The translations under genes and the position numbers were made by a program. Shown here piece by piece: positions 8,152 through 18,369 of a stretch of DNA of 64,000 nt. The stretch comes from an uncultured Chromatiales bacterium. Its GTDB lineage: Bacteria; Bacteroidota; Ignavibacteria; SZUA-365; CAYQST01. The DNA lies in contig CAYQST010000004.1 of NCBI GenBank assembly GCA_964420295.1, positions 100,804 through 164,803 on the forward strand, given 5' to 3'. The first letter of the stretch is position 1. Each line of letters starts with the position of its first letter. The notes beneath the pieces are model-generated. The model was not told the origin of the DNA. It was given only the letters and a program-made list of their open reading frames with translations, and made no database searches.

Positions 8152-10550
8152 TGCACGATCACCATTTTCGTGATGCGATGAGATCCTGTCTGAAGGTGCA
8201 GAAAGTAGGTGCCCGAAGATGGAAAAACCGTGCGGGGCAGCGCAAGCCAGCCTTCACGATCGGAGGCAGCGAGAAGGGTCGAAAGATCGGCCAGACGAAT
8301 GCCGCGAAGGTCATGCAGAAACAGGTGAACGGCCTCGCGATCCTCCTCACTCCATCGCACGCGAAGCATCACATCTCCGTGACTGGGATTGGGTGTCACG
8401 TCGAGTGAAGACGGCTGGAAAGGAAGGCTGGCGTCGGAAAGAACGAGAAGGGGAGAGAGGGTTTCCGTGCCATCATAGTCTCGCTGGATGAGACGGTAGG
8501 TGAGCTCGCGGCGGGACGCATCCTCGCGCGTATCAGAAAATGCGTAATGGCGTGGCTCGACGCTGGTGCCCGCACCAGGCAGGAACCCGCGCTCTCTCCA
8601 TTCGTCCCCGTCCAGACGCTGAATCCTGAATCCGGCGTTCCCGGTCTCCGAGGCGGTGGACCAGCGCAGGTGTACGACGCGGCCATCGATCTGTCCGGAA
8701 AAGGCCTGTAGTTCCACCGGCGTGGGATAGGACTGGGAACTGAGCGTCATTCCAAAGTCCCCCACCGCCACCACGCGACCGGCGCTGCTCGACACCCCGT
8801 ACAGCGCGTACTGCGCATAGCTCAGCTCCTTCGTCCAGGTATATCCCCAGTCGTCGCTTCGAAGAATGCTGCCATTGTCCCCCACCGCACAGAGGGTGCC
8901 GGGGATCGTGGCGGTCATATTGTACAGCGCCGATGAGGTGGGTGGCGTCTGCGTGTCCCAGGTGACTCCGTAATCGGTGGAGATGAGCACCGCACCCGCG
9001 TCTCCCACGATCGTACCCATGGCACCTGCCGTGAATACACCAAAGAGCGCGTCCTGGGTGTAACTCTGCTGGGGATACCAGTTCTGACCGCCGTTCACGG
9101 TAATGATGATCGTGCCGTTCGCACCCACCACGGTTCCGACCTGAGGATCCTCGAAATGCATGGCGTAGAGGGATTGCGAGGTTCCGGTGGCGCAGGCGAT
9201 CCATGAGCCGCCTCCGTTCGTGGTGCGGAGCACCGTGCCTCCCACGCCCGCAGCGAATCCGACGAGAGGAGAGATGAAGCGAATCGTGTTGAGGGTCATC
9301 GTCGTGCCACTGGGCTGGGCGCTCCAGTTCATGCCTCCGTTGGCACTGTACAGAATCGTACCGCCCGCGCCGCATACCCACACGTTGTTCGCGTCCGTGG
9401 CCGAGGCCCCGTAGAGATTCTGCGTCGTACCCGACACCTGGGGCGACCAGGATGCTCCACCATTGGCGCTGGCGAGAATGTCCCCATTGTCCCCCACCGC
9501 CCAGATCATGCCAGCGCCAAAGTTTGTCACCCCGTTCAGCGTCGTGCGGGATCCCGTGGTGATAGCGGTAAATGTGCCCGGCAGTGCAGCGGTATAAATT
9601 CCTCCAAATACCCCGACGGCCACGACGGTGGTTCCGGACGAGGCCAGCCCTTCGAGTCCATTCGTCGCGCCGGACGCGAAGGGGACCCAGATTTGGCCTC
9701 CATTCGTGGTGAAGAGCACGGTGCCCAATTCGCCCACGGTCACGCCGGTATTGAGGTCGAGAAAGCGAACCTTGTTGAGATCCGTGGTGGTATTGGTGGT
9801 TTGCCGCGTCCACTGAGCGCCGCCATTGGTGGTGCACAGAATGGTGCCGTTCGTGCCCGCCGCCCAGCCGTTCTGCGCATCCACGAAGAACACCCCGATC
9901 AGATCGAAGAGACCCGGACCCGGGATCGTGATGCTTGTCCACGTCTGCCCACCATTGGTGGTTTTTCGGATTGTTTTGGATGCACCCACGGCCCAGCCAT
10001 TCTGGGCGTCGACAAAGAAGATATCGTTCAGATTGTTGGTCGTGTTGCTGGTCTGCGCCGACCACAGGGCTCCCCCGTTGGTCGTGTGTCGAACCATCCC
10101 CGCATCGCCCACCACCCAGGCTTCGGAAGACGAAATGGCGAAGATCTCGTTGATCCCCAATGTCACGCCGGAGGGCTGAGGAGTCCAGGAGAACCCTCCA
10201 TCCTGGGTGAAGAGAATCGTACCATCGTCGCCCACGACCCAGGCGTCCATCGTCGTGGGGGCCGCCAATCCCCGCAGAAAACTCATCGTGCCGCTTGGTC
10301 GATGGCTCCAGGTTTGTCCGCCATTGCCGGACACCAGAATCATGCCTCCCCCTCCCACGGCCCAGCAGGTCGAGGATGCGGGAGAGAACTCTGCGCACCA
10401 CAGGTCGTTGCCCTGGGGCGTGGGATTGTTCCATTGCCACTGTGCGACGGCGAGAGGACCCGAGGCCAGGACCAGAAGGGGCAGGAGGACGAGGAGGAAA
10501 GAGAACGGGCGAAGGGACATGGCTGAGCTGGGGTTGTGGCTTTGCTTCAT
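8148..10550 (-). CDS. BNR/Asp-box (Ycf48-like) beta-propeller protein with T9SS C-terminal sorting domain
   Basis: Signal peptide MKQSHNPSSAMSLRPFSFLLVLLPLLVLA; >12 repeats of TTNGGxxW / S-x-D-x-G-x-T-W; C-terminal ~80 aa match Por_Secre_tail pattern (...GTYFLHLQTGSHRITKMVIVQ); stop overlaps start of 4201..8151 gene (ATGA). Confidence 0.75.
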   Translation of the reverse strand: MKQSHNPSSAMSLRPFSFLLVLLPLLVLASGPLAVAQWQWNNPTPQGNDLWCAEFSPASSTCWAVGGGGMILVSGNGGQTWSHRPSGTMSFLRGLAAPTTMDAWVVGDDGTILFTQDGGFSWTPQPSGVTLGINEIFAISSSEAWVVGDAGMVRHTTNGGALWSAQTSNTTNNLNDIFFVDAQNGWAVGASKTIRKTTNGGQTWTSITIPGPGLFDLIGVFFVDAQNGWAAGTNGTILCTTNGGAQWTRQTTNTTTDLNKVRFLDLNTGVTVGELGTVLFTTNGGQIWVPFASGATNGLEGLASSGTTVVAVGVFGGIYTAALPGTFTAITTGSRTTLNGVTNFGAGMIWAVGDNGDILASANGGASWSPQVSGTTQNLYGASATDANNVWVCGAGGTILYSANGGMNWSAQPSGTTMTLNTIRFISPLVGFAAGVGGTVLRTTNGGGSWIACATGTSQSLYAMHFEDPQVGTVVGANGTIIITVNGGQNWYPQQSYTQDALFGVFTAGAMGTIVGDAGAVLISTDYGVTWDTQTPPTSSALYNMTATIPGTLCAVGDNGSILRSDDWGYTWTKELSYAQYALYGVSSSAGRVVAVGDFGMTLSSQSYPTPVELQAFSGQIDGRVVHLRWSTASETGNAGFRIQRLDGDEWRERGFLPGAGTSVEPRHYAFSDTREDASRRELTYRLIQRDYDGTETLSPLLVLSDASLPFQPSSLDVTPNPSHGDVMLRVRWSEEDREAVHLFLHDLRGIRLADLSTLLAASDREGWLALPRTVFPSSGTYFLHLQTGSHRITKMVIVQ

Positions 10551-10753
10551 GAATGCACGATGGATGAGGGACGATGTAAAGGTACGATCCCAAAGAATGA
10601 GATGCAGATGACCCTTCGTCGGGATGCGGTTCTCGGCGACCGTGTCACAGAAAGGTACGGGGAAAGGAATGGATCGATCCACCGTCAGCGGTACGCGGCG
10701 GACCTTGAGAAGACCACGGGGAGGGGAGGATTGTTACAGAGGAGGGAAGACGA

Positions 10754-13306
10754 TCAGAATTCGATTTCCAAACCCGCAATGGGGAAAAACGCCCATTGGT
10801 ACACGGTGTCCCGTGTGCCGTCGTCGTTGTACCGAATGCCCGCGACATTCTTCGTGTTGAGCACGTTTTGCACGGACAGATACAGTGCGAGATTCCAGGA
10901 GGACAGGTTCCAGCGGGACAGCCATGTCAGATCGAGGCGCTGGTAATCCGGATGTCGGGCTCCATTGATATCGCGGGTCCGAACCCAGGTTCCCGTGCCC
11001 CAGGCCAACCCCCCTTCGCGATGCTGTTCGGTGCTCAGATAGGTGCGCGGGGTGTAGGGCGTGCCCGAGGAAAACCGATAGCGGAGTCCGAATTCCATGT
11101 TGTCGGCGAAGGGCAGGAGATAGGAAGGATATCGAACAAACCAGGGCTGGGAGTCAAGAGAGGTTCGCAGTCCATGGACCACGGTGCCGAGCACCACGGT
11201 CAGGATTTGGGGATAGTCGTACGGCGCGGTGTAGTACTCGGATCGTGGGTGGACCCGTGGATCCTTCCATCGCGTCTCGCTGATGCTGTAACTGATCGTA
11301 CCGAAGAAGTCGTCCACCAGTTTTTTCTGTAGAAAAAACTCCACGCCTCGACTCGTGCCTTCTCCGATGCTCAGCGTGCGATCGGATCGGAAGGTGGGAT
11401 CGTCGTCATGCAGAAATTCTTCTGAAACGGGAAGATCGCGAAAGGATTTTTCATAGACCTCCACCGTCGCCTTGAGGCCTCCGTCCATGATGTGCTCGAT
11501 CCCCGCCACGATATGGCGTGCATGGCTGTTGTCGAGATGACGATTCACCCCGGTGTTCCGGCGATCCATGTAGAGTGGATAGGCGAGGGTCTGCGAGTAT
11601 TCTCCATAGGAAATATTCAGGGACGTGGAGGGCAGCACGCGCAGTGAGCCGCTCATGCGGGGACTCACCACGCTCTTTCCTGAATACGTGAAGTGATCGG
11701 CACGGAGGCCGAGCGTGACATGGAGGGCGTCGAACAGGCGGATCCGATCGGACAGGTAGGCACTCAGTTTCTGTTCGTCAAAGGTGGGCAGGGCGAGATC
11801 GATATATCCACCTCTGGTCACGACCTCGCGCTCAAAGTCTCCATTGCCATCGAGATCATAGCGGGCAGTATCGTTGTCCCAGGACGTGGTGGCAAGAAAG
11901 GGCAGATTGAACTTCACCTGGGCTCCGAACGCGATTTCATGTGCGGGATGGGGTGTGGTCACTCCATCGAGCTTGAAGATCCCTTCGGATTGATTGGAGG
12001 CCTCGTCGAATACATGCCGCGCATTCAAGACCTGTGTGTCCGAAACACGGCCATCAGCCGTGAACCGGCGTGCCGTATAGTCCATACGCACATCGGACCA
12101 ATAGCTGTTGCCGATCCCCGCCAACGTCAGCACCGTGTACGTATGCTCGCTCCATAGACTGCGCAGACTCAGCCCTGCCGCATACTGGCGACTGTGAAAA
12201 TCTACCGTGGCCACTCCCACGCTATCCTGCATCCCCGCCTTCTCCATCCGAGTCTCGTCGCTTTCTCCCGCGAAGAGGATGCGATCATCTCCGTAAATGC
12301 CGGAGAACTGGATGCGGTGCACATTCGAGAGATCGTACACCACCTTCCACTGGGCATCCCAATATCGAGGGATTGAGGTGAGCCCGATCGACGAGAGTCC
12401 CACGATCTCGTCGGCCACCTCGAGAAAACTCTTTCGTACCGACACCAGCCAGGATCCACGCTCCTGGGCGAATCCTCCTTCCAGCACCGCCGAAAATCCC
12501 GCCATGTTGAATCCCACGTTGGTGGCGAGCGCTCGGCGTCGATCGCCTTCACGGATGGTAATGTCCATCGCCGAGGACAGCTTGTCTCCATATTGCGCGC
12601 CAAAGCCGCCCGTCGAAAAGGTGATGTCCTCGATGAGGTCCACGTTCACCATGTTGATGGGTCCGCCGGAGTTGAACTCGTTCGGATAGTGATTCGTGGA
12701 GGGGATTTCCACATGATCCATCACGGTGAGGTTTTCGTTTGGCGAGCCACCCCGCACCAGCAATTCGTTGTTGTAGTCGTTGGAACTGGCGACCCCGGGC
12801 AGGATATGCATGATCCGCATCATGTCCATCGCCGATCCCGGAGATCGCTTGATCTCCTCGGCCTGGAGTCCGATGGAACTCACCACGTTGGTGTTTTTTC
12901 CCGAAGAGAAATAATCCGCCTGCACGACGACTCCATTCATGGACACCGCTTCCTCACGAAGAGTGATGGTGACCTGAGCCGGACGTCCCGTGCTGACCAC
13001 GATATCGGTGGTGACCACCGTAGTGTATCCCACGTACGTCGTGCGCAGACTGTATTCCCCAACCGGCACGGAGAATCGAAACCGACCGTCTCCATCCGCC
13101 GTCGTTCCCATTCCTTCTCTCCCCACCACCTGGATCGTGGCGCCTGCCAGAGGGCGACGCGTGGACGCATCGATCACGACGCCGTGAATCAGTCCGGTAT
13201 GAGACTGCGCTTCCGCGACGCACGAAAGCAGAACCAGAATGATGAAACAGAGACCGACAATTCGAACCGAACGGAACTGCGTCGAAGGAAGGAATGAGAT
13301 GCGCAT
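10754..13306 (-). CDS. TonB-dependent receptor (carboxypeptidase-regulatory-like N-domain + plug + beta-barrel)
   Basis: Signal peptide; GVVIDASTRRPLAGATIQVVG...TTADGDGRFRF CarbopepD_reg-like; plug region; long barrel ending ...AGLEIEF (C-terminal Phe). Confidence 0.85.
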   Translation of the reverse strand: MRISFLPSTQFRSVRIVGLCFIILVLLSCVAEAQSHTGLIHGVVIDASTRRPLAGATIQVVGREGMGTTADGDGRFRFSVPVGEYSLRTTYVGYTTVVTTDIVVSTGRPAQVTITLREEAVSMNGVVVQADYFSSGKNTNVVSSIGLQAEEIKRSPGSAMDMMRIMHILPGVASSNDYNNELLVRGGSPNENLTVMDHVEIPSTNHYPNEFNSGGPINMVNVDLIEDITFSTGGFGAQYGDKLSSAMDITIREGDRRRALATNVGFNMAGFSAVLEGGFAQERGSWLVSVRKSFLEVADEIVGLSSIGLTSIPRYWDAQWKVVYDLSNVHRIQFSGIYGDDRILFAGESDETRMEKAGMQDSVGVATVDFHSRQYAAGLSLRSLWSEHTYTVLTLAGIGNSYWSDVRMDYTARRFTADGRVSDTQVLNARHVFDEASNQSEGIFKLDGVTTPHPAHEIAFGAQVKFNLPFLATTSWDNDTARYDLDGNGDFEREVVTRGGYIDLALPTFDEQKLSAYLSDRIRLFDALHVTLGLRADHFTYSGKSVVSPRMSGSLRVLPSTSLNISYGEYSQTLAYPLYMDRRNTGVNRHLDNSHARHIVAGIEHIMDGGLKATVEVYEKSFRDLPVSEEFLHDDDPTFRSDRTLSIGEGTSRGVEFFLQKKLVDDFFGTISYSISETRWKDPRVHPRSEYYTAPYDYPQILTVVLGTVVHGLRTSLDSQPWFVRYPSYLLPFADNMEFGLRYRFSSGTPYTPRTYLSTEQHREGGLAWGTGTWVRTRDINGARHPDYQRLDLTWLSRWNLSSWNLALYLSVQNVLNTKNVAGIRYNDDGTRDTVYQWAFFPIAGLEIEF

Positions 13307-13469
13307 GAAGAAGGGGGGAAGAATGGAATGAAGGGAGGCGATCCTCCGGGGAAGGATGCCATACGACCTTCCCGGGGCAAAGTTACGAGCGGATCAGCAC
13401 GCCCCTCCATCACTCGTGTCGAGCGATACCAAGCGGTGGAGCTGGCCCTGGGTGCCGGCCCGTCACAGA

Positions 13470-16400
13470 CTAGAATGTGGTAAGACCGGGGATGACGATT
13501 TCGTTGGTGGTGGGATTCACCACGGGTTTGCGGGTCCAGCCGGTAGGCAGATTTTGCGAGCCGAAGATTTTAGATTCCGTGCCCACCACGTCGGCGTCCG
13601 TATACCGCAGCGTCACGGTGCAGGAGAAGGCGCTGATGCCACTCTGTCCCAGGGTCCAGTATCTCGTGAGATAATTCGTGAGCGCGGGATTGGAGGGGTG
13701 CTTCTGGTCGGCGAGCCGCAGTCCTGCCTTTGCGGACGAAAAAGTGCCGCTCGCGAAATTCATGGTCACGGGTGTGTACTCGGAGGTGCCATCCTCGTCT
13801 CCCACTGGAAAGGTGAAACTCGCGGGACCAGTGAACGCACGGGTCAGGAAGCCCGAACCCGTCGGGACGATCATAGCCGAGGCCGATGAGGTCGCGGGAA
13901 GAATGATCCCGGCGCCCAGCGCGCAGTCATACGGTCCGAGGCGGAGATTGCCACTCGTAAGTCTCAGGGTATCATTGACGGTGAGTTCTCCGGAGAGCGT
14001 GATTCCGGAGGCGCGGTTGAGAGAGAGACTGCGCAGGGTCACGGTCGGAAGCGTCAGGGCCGTTCCCGTTCCCGCGACAATGAGACGAGCGCTGCTTCCT
14101 CCCACCAGAAGGCCGCTCGTGGCTTCCAGGGTTCCATGCAGGGTGAGGGCGCGGGTCCCCAATGAAAGCGATCCCCCGAGGAGACGCAGTGCCGACGCGA
14201 TGCCCACATCTCCACCGAGAGAGGCGGTGATGCCCACGCTGTTGACAGTGATGCTGTCGTAGCCCATGAAGCCCGGCAGTGTGCCCGAGCTAGTGAGAGT
14301 GCGACTCAGGGTGAATTCATCCGCTCCCATGTCGGGCGCACTCGCGTCCCGGCTCTGCCCATCCGGATCGGGAAGGGTTTCCGGCAGCGGCTGCCCTGCC
14401 CGCGAGCCCTGCGGAACGGGATCGTACCCGCTCCCGGTGGCGATATGCACATCGGTGGAGGACGAAACCAAGGGATCGACATTCAGGGAAAGCCCGTCGG
14501 CACTGCTCGCCGTGCGCCATTGGCTCAGGGTACTGCGAGCCGCGCTATTGATGTACCCAAGGGAGGCGGAAGCCGATCCGGCAGCGACACTGCGCAGGAT
14601 ATTGCTGTTGACGATGTCCGTGGCATAGGAGGTCGCACGGGAATAGTGGGCATAGAATTTGGCCGCGGCAGAGGCGGTGCCGTTCACCTGGAGAATGGAA
14701 TTCCGAAAATCCAGACTATCGGAAAACGTGGTCACAAGGGGATTGCCGTTCGTGAAGGCCGCGACCACGCCCGTGCCCGCACCTAACGTGCCCGTCAGGT
14801 GCACCGTGTTGTGCCAGTACCGATCCTTGTATCCGCCGTTGGCGTTTATCCCCGACAGGAGCATGCTCGTGCTCGTCCCGCTGGACGTCAGATCAGCAAT
14901 GCGCGTCCCCGCCACCAGATTCGACGAGGGAAGAGACGAGGTGGAAAACTGCGTGGTGGAGAGGGTGAGCCCATACACTGGTGTGGTGGACGATCCGGTG
15001 TACGAAATTCCGTGGATGAAGGTATTGAGCACGCGGCAGGCCCGGGCTTCCTGCAGGGACAGTCCGAACACCGATCCTGATCCCGCGCCACGGACTTCCT
15101 GGATCTCGTTTCCGTCCACCAACGCGGTGCGCGGAAAGCGCAGAAGAAGGCCTCCCACTCCAAGTCCGTACCCCCCGGTCGCGCCAATGGCACAGGATCG
15201 GACGATGAGACTATCGTCGGGAAAGGCGGGTGAGCGTCCATGCCAGACCATCCCATGCTGTGCGCTCTGAAACAGCACATTGTCCACCGTCGTGTGACTG
15301 TGCGCGCTCAGCGCCGTGTCCGTCGTCGATACCCCGCTTCCGCCGCCATAGAGAGCCGCAAAGGTGCCCGACACCCCACTGCCGCGCAGGACCAGATTTC
15401 GAATCGTGTTGTGCGTGGCGCCATCGGATGCGGTGGGACTCTGCACGCGAAGCACCGTCGAGGTCGGTGTGGCGGACGTATTCACGAGAGTCAGGTGACG
15501 ACCCGAGAGCCCTGTGGCACTTCCATCGAGATCCACATAGTCGGCGCCCGACAGTCGAAGGATTGCGGTATCGCTGGATGCGGAGAGTGTGATGGTGGTG
15601 GCCGAGTCCGGAGCGATGCGCAGTCGGGCATCGGCTCCCGCACCGGCGAGGGCGGAAATGGTAACGGGCAGAGCATCTTCCTCGGTCACCGAATAGCTGG
15701 ACGTAAGGAGTAGGGACGTGGGGCCCTGGAGTTCCTTGGTGGCGAGATCGGCCAGGGCCGCCGTGAGATCCACAAACTGACATCCGGCGCTCGGAGTGGT
15801 GCCGGTTCCACCAATGCGATAATTGCCTGCGGCAAAAGTCGGAACCGCAGCCACGAGCAGAGGGCGCAGGCGAAGGTCGTTGGCATAGGACGCCCATGAC
15901 GCACCGGATTTGGTGTTGGAACGACCATCGGGGCTCCCATTATCCACGCTGAACGAGGTCGTCGACCCCGCAGTGAAATAGGCCACCAGATGATACACCG
16001 TTCCCGAAGCGAGAGTGAGCCCCGTTCCGGTGAGGGACACGGCATTCCAACTGAAGGGAAGAACGTCGGCACGGGCGATGGACACGCTCGACCCCAGTTT
16101 GGCCAGGGGCTTGCCGCTCCCATTGTCGGACCAGATCTCGAAGATCAGAGAGCCGGTGAATCCCACCGTGCTGCCGAGATGGAAATAGGCGGTGGCGGGT
16201 CTTGCGGTCCAGGTGGGTGTGAAGCGAACCGCGATCAGGGTCCCCGCACTCACGGACAGTGTATTGTCGGATTTCCACTGATCCACCGCGTGGAGGGCCG
16301 TGCTTGAGGGAAGGGAAATTCCGGTGAGGACCCGCATGGCGCGATAGACATTGAGTTTGCCGTAACCCCAGTGGTTCGAAGGAAGAGAGGCGCGGGTCAT

Positions 16401-18230
16401 GGTATCCGTCGTGGCGGTGGCTTGCAGCAGGTCCCGGATGTCGGTGCCCGAGAGAAGGGGATTGCGCTGCAGGAGCAATGCGGCGGCTCCGCAGGTGACG
16501 GGACTGGCCATGCTCGTGCCCTGGGTCAGGCGTTGCTTCCCATTCCCCATTAATTCACTCGCGGACACACCGATGGTGGAGGAACTGGTCGAGACGATCC
16601 CTTGTCCCGGTGCGGCCAGATCGGGCTTGATCGCGCCGGTGCGCGTGGGACCCTTGCTACTGAAGGACGAGAGGGAGTCGGAATTGTCGGACGTGGTGCT
16701 GTAGAGCCAATTGCTTCCGTTGCTCGAGGTCCATCGCCACCGGCTCACCCAGGACCCCGCCACCACGGCCGTGGCGGCCGTGTTGTTGACCGTGGACGTT
16801 TGATCTCCTCCGGACAGCGTAATGGTTTTCGCGGGATTGCCGATGCTCCAGTCCCAGAGCCAGCAATGCCAGGTGGAGGCGCTGCCCGAGGCGTTGGAAA
16901 GGAACACCTTCCACACTCCTGCCGCGGGTGGTTTCGCGGTGGTGGAATCGTACCAGTACGCATAGTGCTGGACGTCCCCATTCCCGGGGTCCGTGCCGTT
17001 GTACAAATAGAGCGTCCCGCTGTTGTTGGTTGTCGACAGATCGAAGTTCGCACGGCATCGCACCGTATCATTCAGAGGGGACACCACGGAAAAGGAGAGG
17101 TTCCCCGACCCGTCGTGCCAGAGATCGATGCCGAAGGCATCATTGCCCGCACCGCTCAACGGGGTGTAGGCAGGCACGGTGATCAGCAGGGAATCGGTTC
17201 CTCCCGTGGGAAGAGTGCGGGACAGGTGGATGGGACTCCCTCCGCTGTTGCCCGCCGCCATGGCTACCACGCGTCCTGTTCCGGAAAAGGCATCCACTCC
17301 CACGCTCATCGCATCGGTACCGTCGTGGGGTCCGTCGTTCGAGCCCAGACTGATGTTGACGGCGATGGGGCGACCCAGGGCCGTGGCCTTGGCGCGCAGC
17401 CAGGTCAGGCCATCCACGATGTCGCTGGTGTACATGCTGGTCTTCACGAACAGGATGTCCGCTTCCGGCGCCATGCCCTGGTAGCGGCGATTCGGGAGGG
17501 ATTGTCCGTTCCCGGCCGCGATACCGGCCACGTGCGTACCATGCCCGTTGACGTCGTTGCTGCGCACGAATCCCGCGGGACTTCCATCCAGCTCGTTGTT
17601 CAGGTGCGTCTGCGAATACTCCACGCCATAGGCGAATCCGGAAGGAGAGGATTCTCCGCTCCCCGGCGTCAGGGTCTGATCCCAGATCGCCACCACGCGG
17701 CTTTTCGTGGAATCGGACAAGGACCGGAAATCCAGATGCTTCCAGTCGATCCCCGAATCGATGACACCCACCAATACTCCTTTCCCTTTGTACTCAGTGC
17801 GATTGATCATCCCTGCGTGGAGCAGATCTGCGCCGGTGAGGGATCTCGCGAGGTCGTTGAGATAGTCCATGCGTCCCGACGCCTTCACCATGCGGATGCC
17901 TGGTACCGCGATCACGTCCAGGAGCTGGCGCGAGGTGAGACGGGCCGTGCAGAAGCCGGGGAGGATGGAGTGAATGGCCCAGTCCAGTGATGGAAGCGCC
18001 TCGGGATGATCGCAATACACGATCACCGCGTACATCGGTTCTCCGTTGGCATCGAGGCCCGCGATCTCGGGGAGGGGAGCACCGGAGCGAATCCCTCGGT
18101 CAGGAAGGTCACGAGCCACTGCGGCACGCAAACGCGGATCGAGGTGGGAGAGCGCCTCGCGTGGATCAGGATTCTGCGCATGCAGAATCGAGACGACGAG
18201 GAACGGAAGCAGAAGGATCAGGCGTTTCAT
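13470..18230 (-). CDS. giant secreted subtilisin-family (S8) serine peptidase
   Basis: Signal peptide MKRLILLLPFLVVSILHAQ; catalytic triad contexts GVIDSGID, HGTHVAGIAAG, GTSMASPVTCGAAALL; ~1300 aa of C-terminal beta-rich repeats. Confidence 0.85.
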   Translation of the reverse strand: MKRLILLLPFLVVSILHAQNPDPREALSHLDPRLRAAVARDLPDRGIRSGAPLPEIAGLDANGEPMYAVIVYCDHPEALPSLDWAIHSILPGFCTARLTSRQLLDVIAVPGIRMVKASGRMDYLNDLARSLTGADLLHAGMINRTEYKGKGVLVGVIDSGIDWKHLDFRSLSDSTKSRVVAIWDQTLTPGSGESSPSGFAYGVEYSQTHLNNELDGSPAGFVRSNDVNGHGTHVAGIAAGNGQSLPNRRYQGMAPEADILFVKTSMYTSDIVDGLTWLRAKATALGRPIAVNISLGSNDGPHDGTDAMSVGVDAFSGTGRVVAMAAGNSGGSPIHLSRTLPTGGTDSLLITVPAYTPLSGAGNDAFGIDLWHDGSGNLSFSVVSPLNDTVRCRANFDLSTTNNSGTLYLYNGTDPGNGDVQHYAYWYDSTTAKPPAAGVWKVFLSNASGSASTWHCWLWDWSIGNPAKTITLSGGDQTSTVNNTAATAVVAGSWVSRWRWTSSNGSNWLYSTTSDNSDSLSSFSSKGPTRTGAIKPDLAAPGQGIVSTSSSTIGVSASELMGNGKQRLTQGTSMASPVTCGAAALLLQRNPLLSGTDIRDLLQATATTDTMTRASLPSNHWGYGKLNVYRAMRVLTGISLPSSTALHAVDQWKSDNTLSVSAGTLIAVRFTPTWTARPATAYFHLGSTVGFTGSLIFEIWSDNGSGKPLAKLGSSVSIARADVLPFSWNAVSLTGTGLTLASGTVYHLVAYFTAGSTTSFSVDNGSPDGRSNTKSGASWASYANDLRLRPLLVAAVPTFAAGNYRIGGTGTTPSAGCQFVDLTAALADLATKELQGPTSLLLTSSYSVTEEDALPVTISALAGAGADARLRIAPDSATTITLSASSDTAILRLSGADYVDLDGSATGLSGRHLTLVNTSATPTSTVLRVQSPTASDGATHNTIRNLVLRGSGVSGTFAALYGGGSGVSTTDTALSAHSHTTVDNVLFQSAQHGMVWHGRSPAFPDDSLIVRSCAIGATGGYGLGVGGLLLRFPRTALVDGNEIQEVRGAGSGSVFGLSLQEARACRVLNTFIHGISYTGSSTTPVYGLTLSTTQFSTSSLPSSNLVAGTRIADLTSSGTSTSMLLSGINANGGYKDRYWHNTVHLTGTLGAGTGVVAAFTNGNPLVTTFSDSLDFRNSILQVNGTASAAAKFYAHYSRATSYATDIVNSNILRSVAAGSASASLGYINSAARSTLSQWRTASSADGLSLNVDPLVSSSTDVHIATGSGYDPVPQGSRAGQPLPETLPDPDGQSRDASAPDMGADEFTLSRTLTSSGTLPGFMGYDSITVNSVGITASLGGDVGIASALRLLGGSLSLGTRALTLHGTLEATSGLLVGGSSARLIVAGTGTALTLPTVTLRSLSLNRASGITLSGELTVNDTLRLTSGNLRLGPYDCALGAGIILPATSSASAMIVPTGSGFLTRAFTGPASFTFPVGDEDGTSEYTPVTMNFASGTFSSAKAGLRLADQKHPSNPALTNYLTRYWTLGQSGISAFSCTVTLRYTDADVVGTESKIFGSQNLPTGWTRKPVVNPTTNEIVIPGLTTF

Positions 18231-18369
18231 GACTGAAAGTATTCCGAGCGTGCGGGAGATGCAAGACGAGAGCGAATCTTCCGTGCACACTTTTCCACTC
18301 TCGAGCAGGAATTCCGTCTTCGCGGATTCCTGTGTATTTTTTCACTCACCCCACAACTTCGGAGACGCC

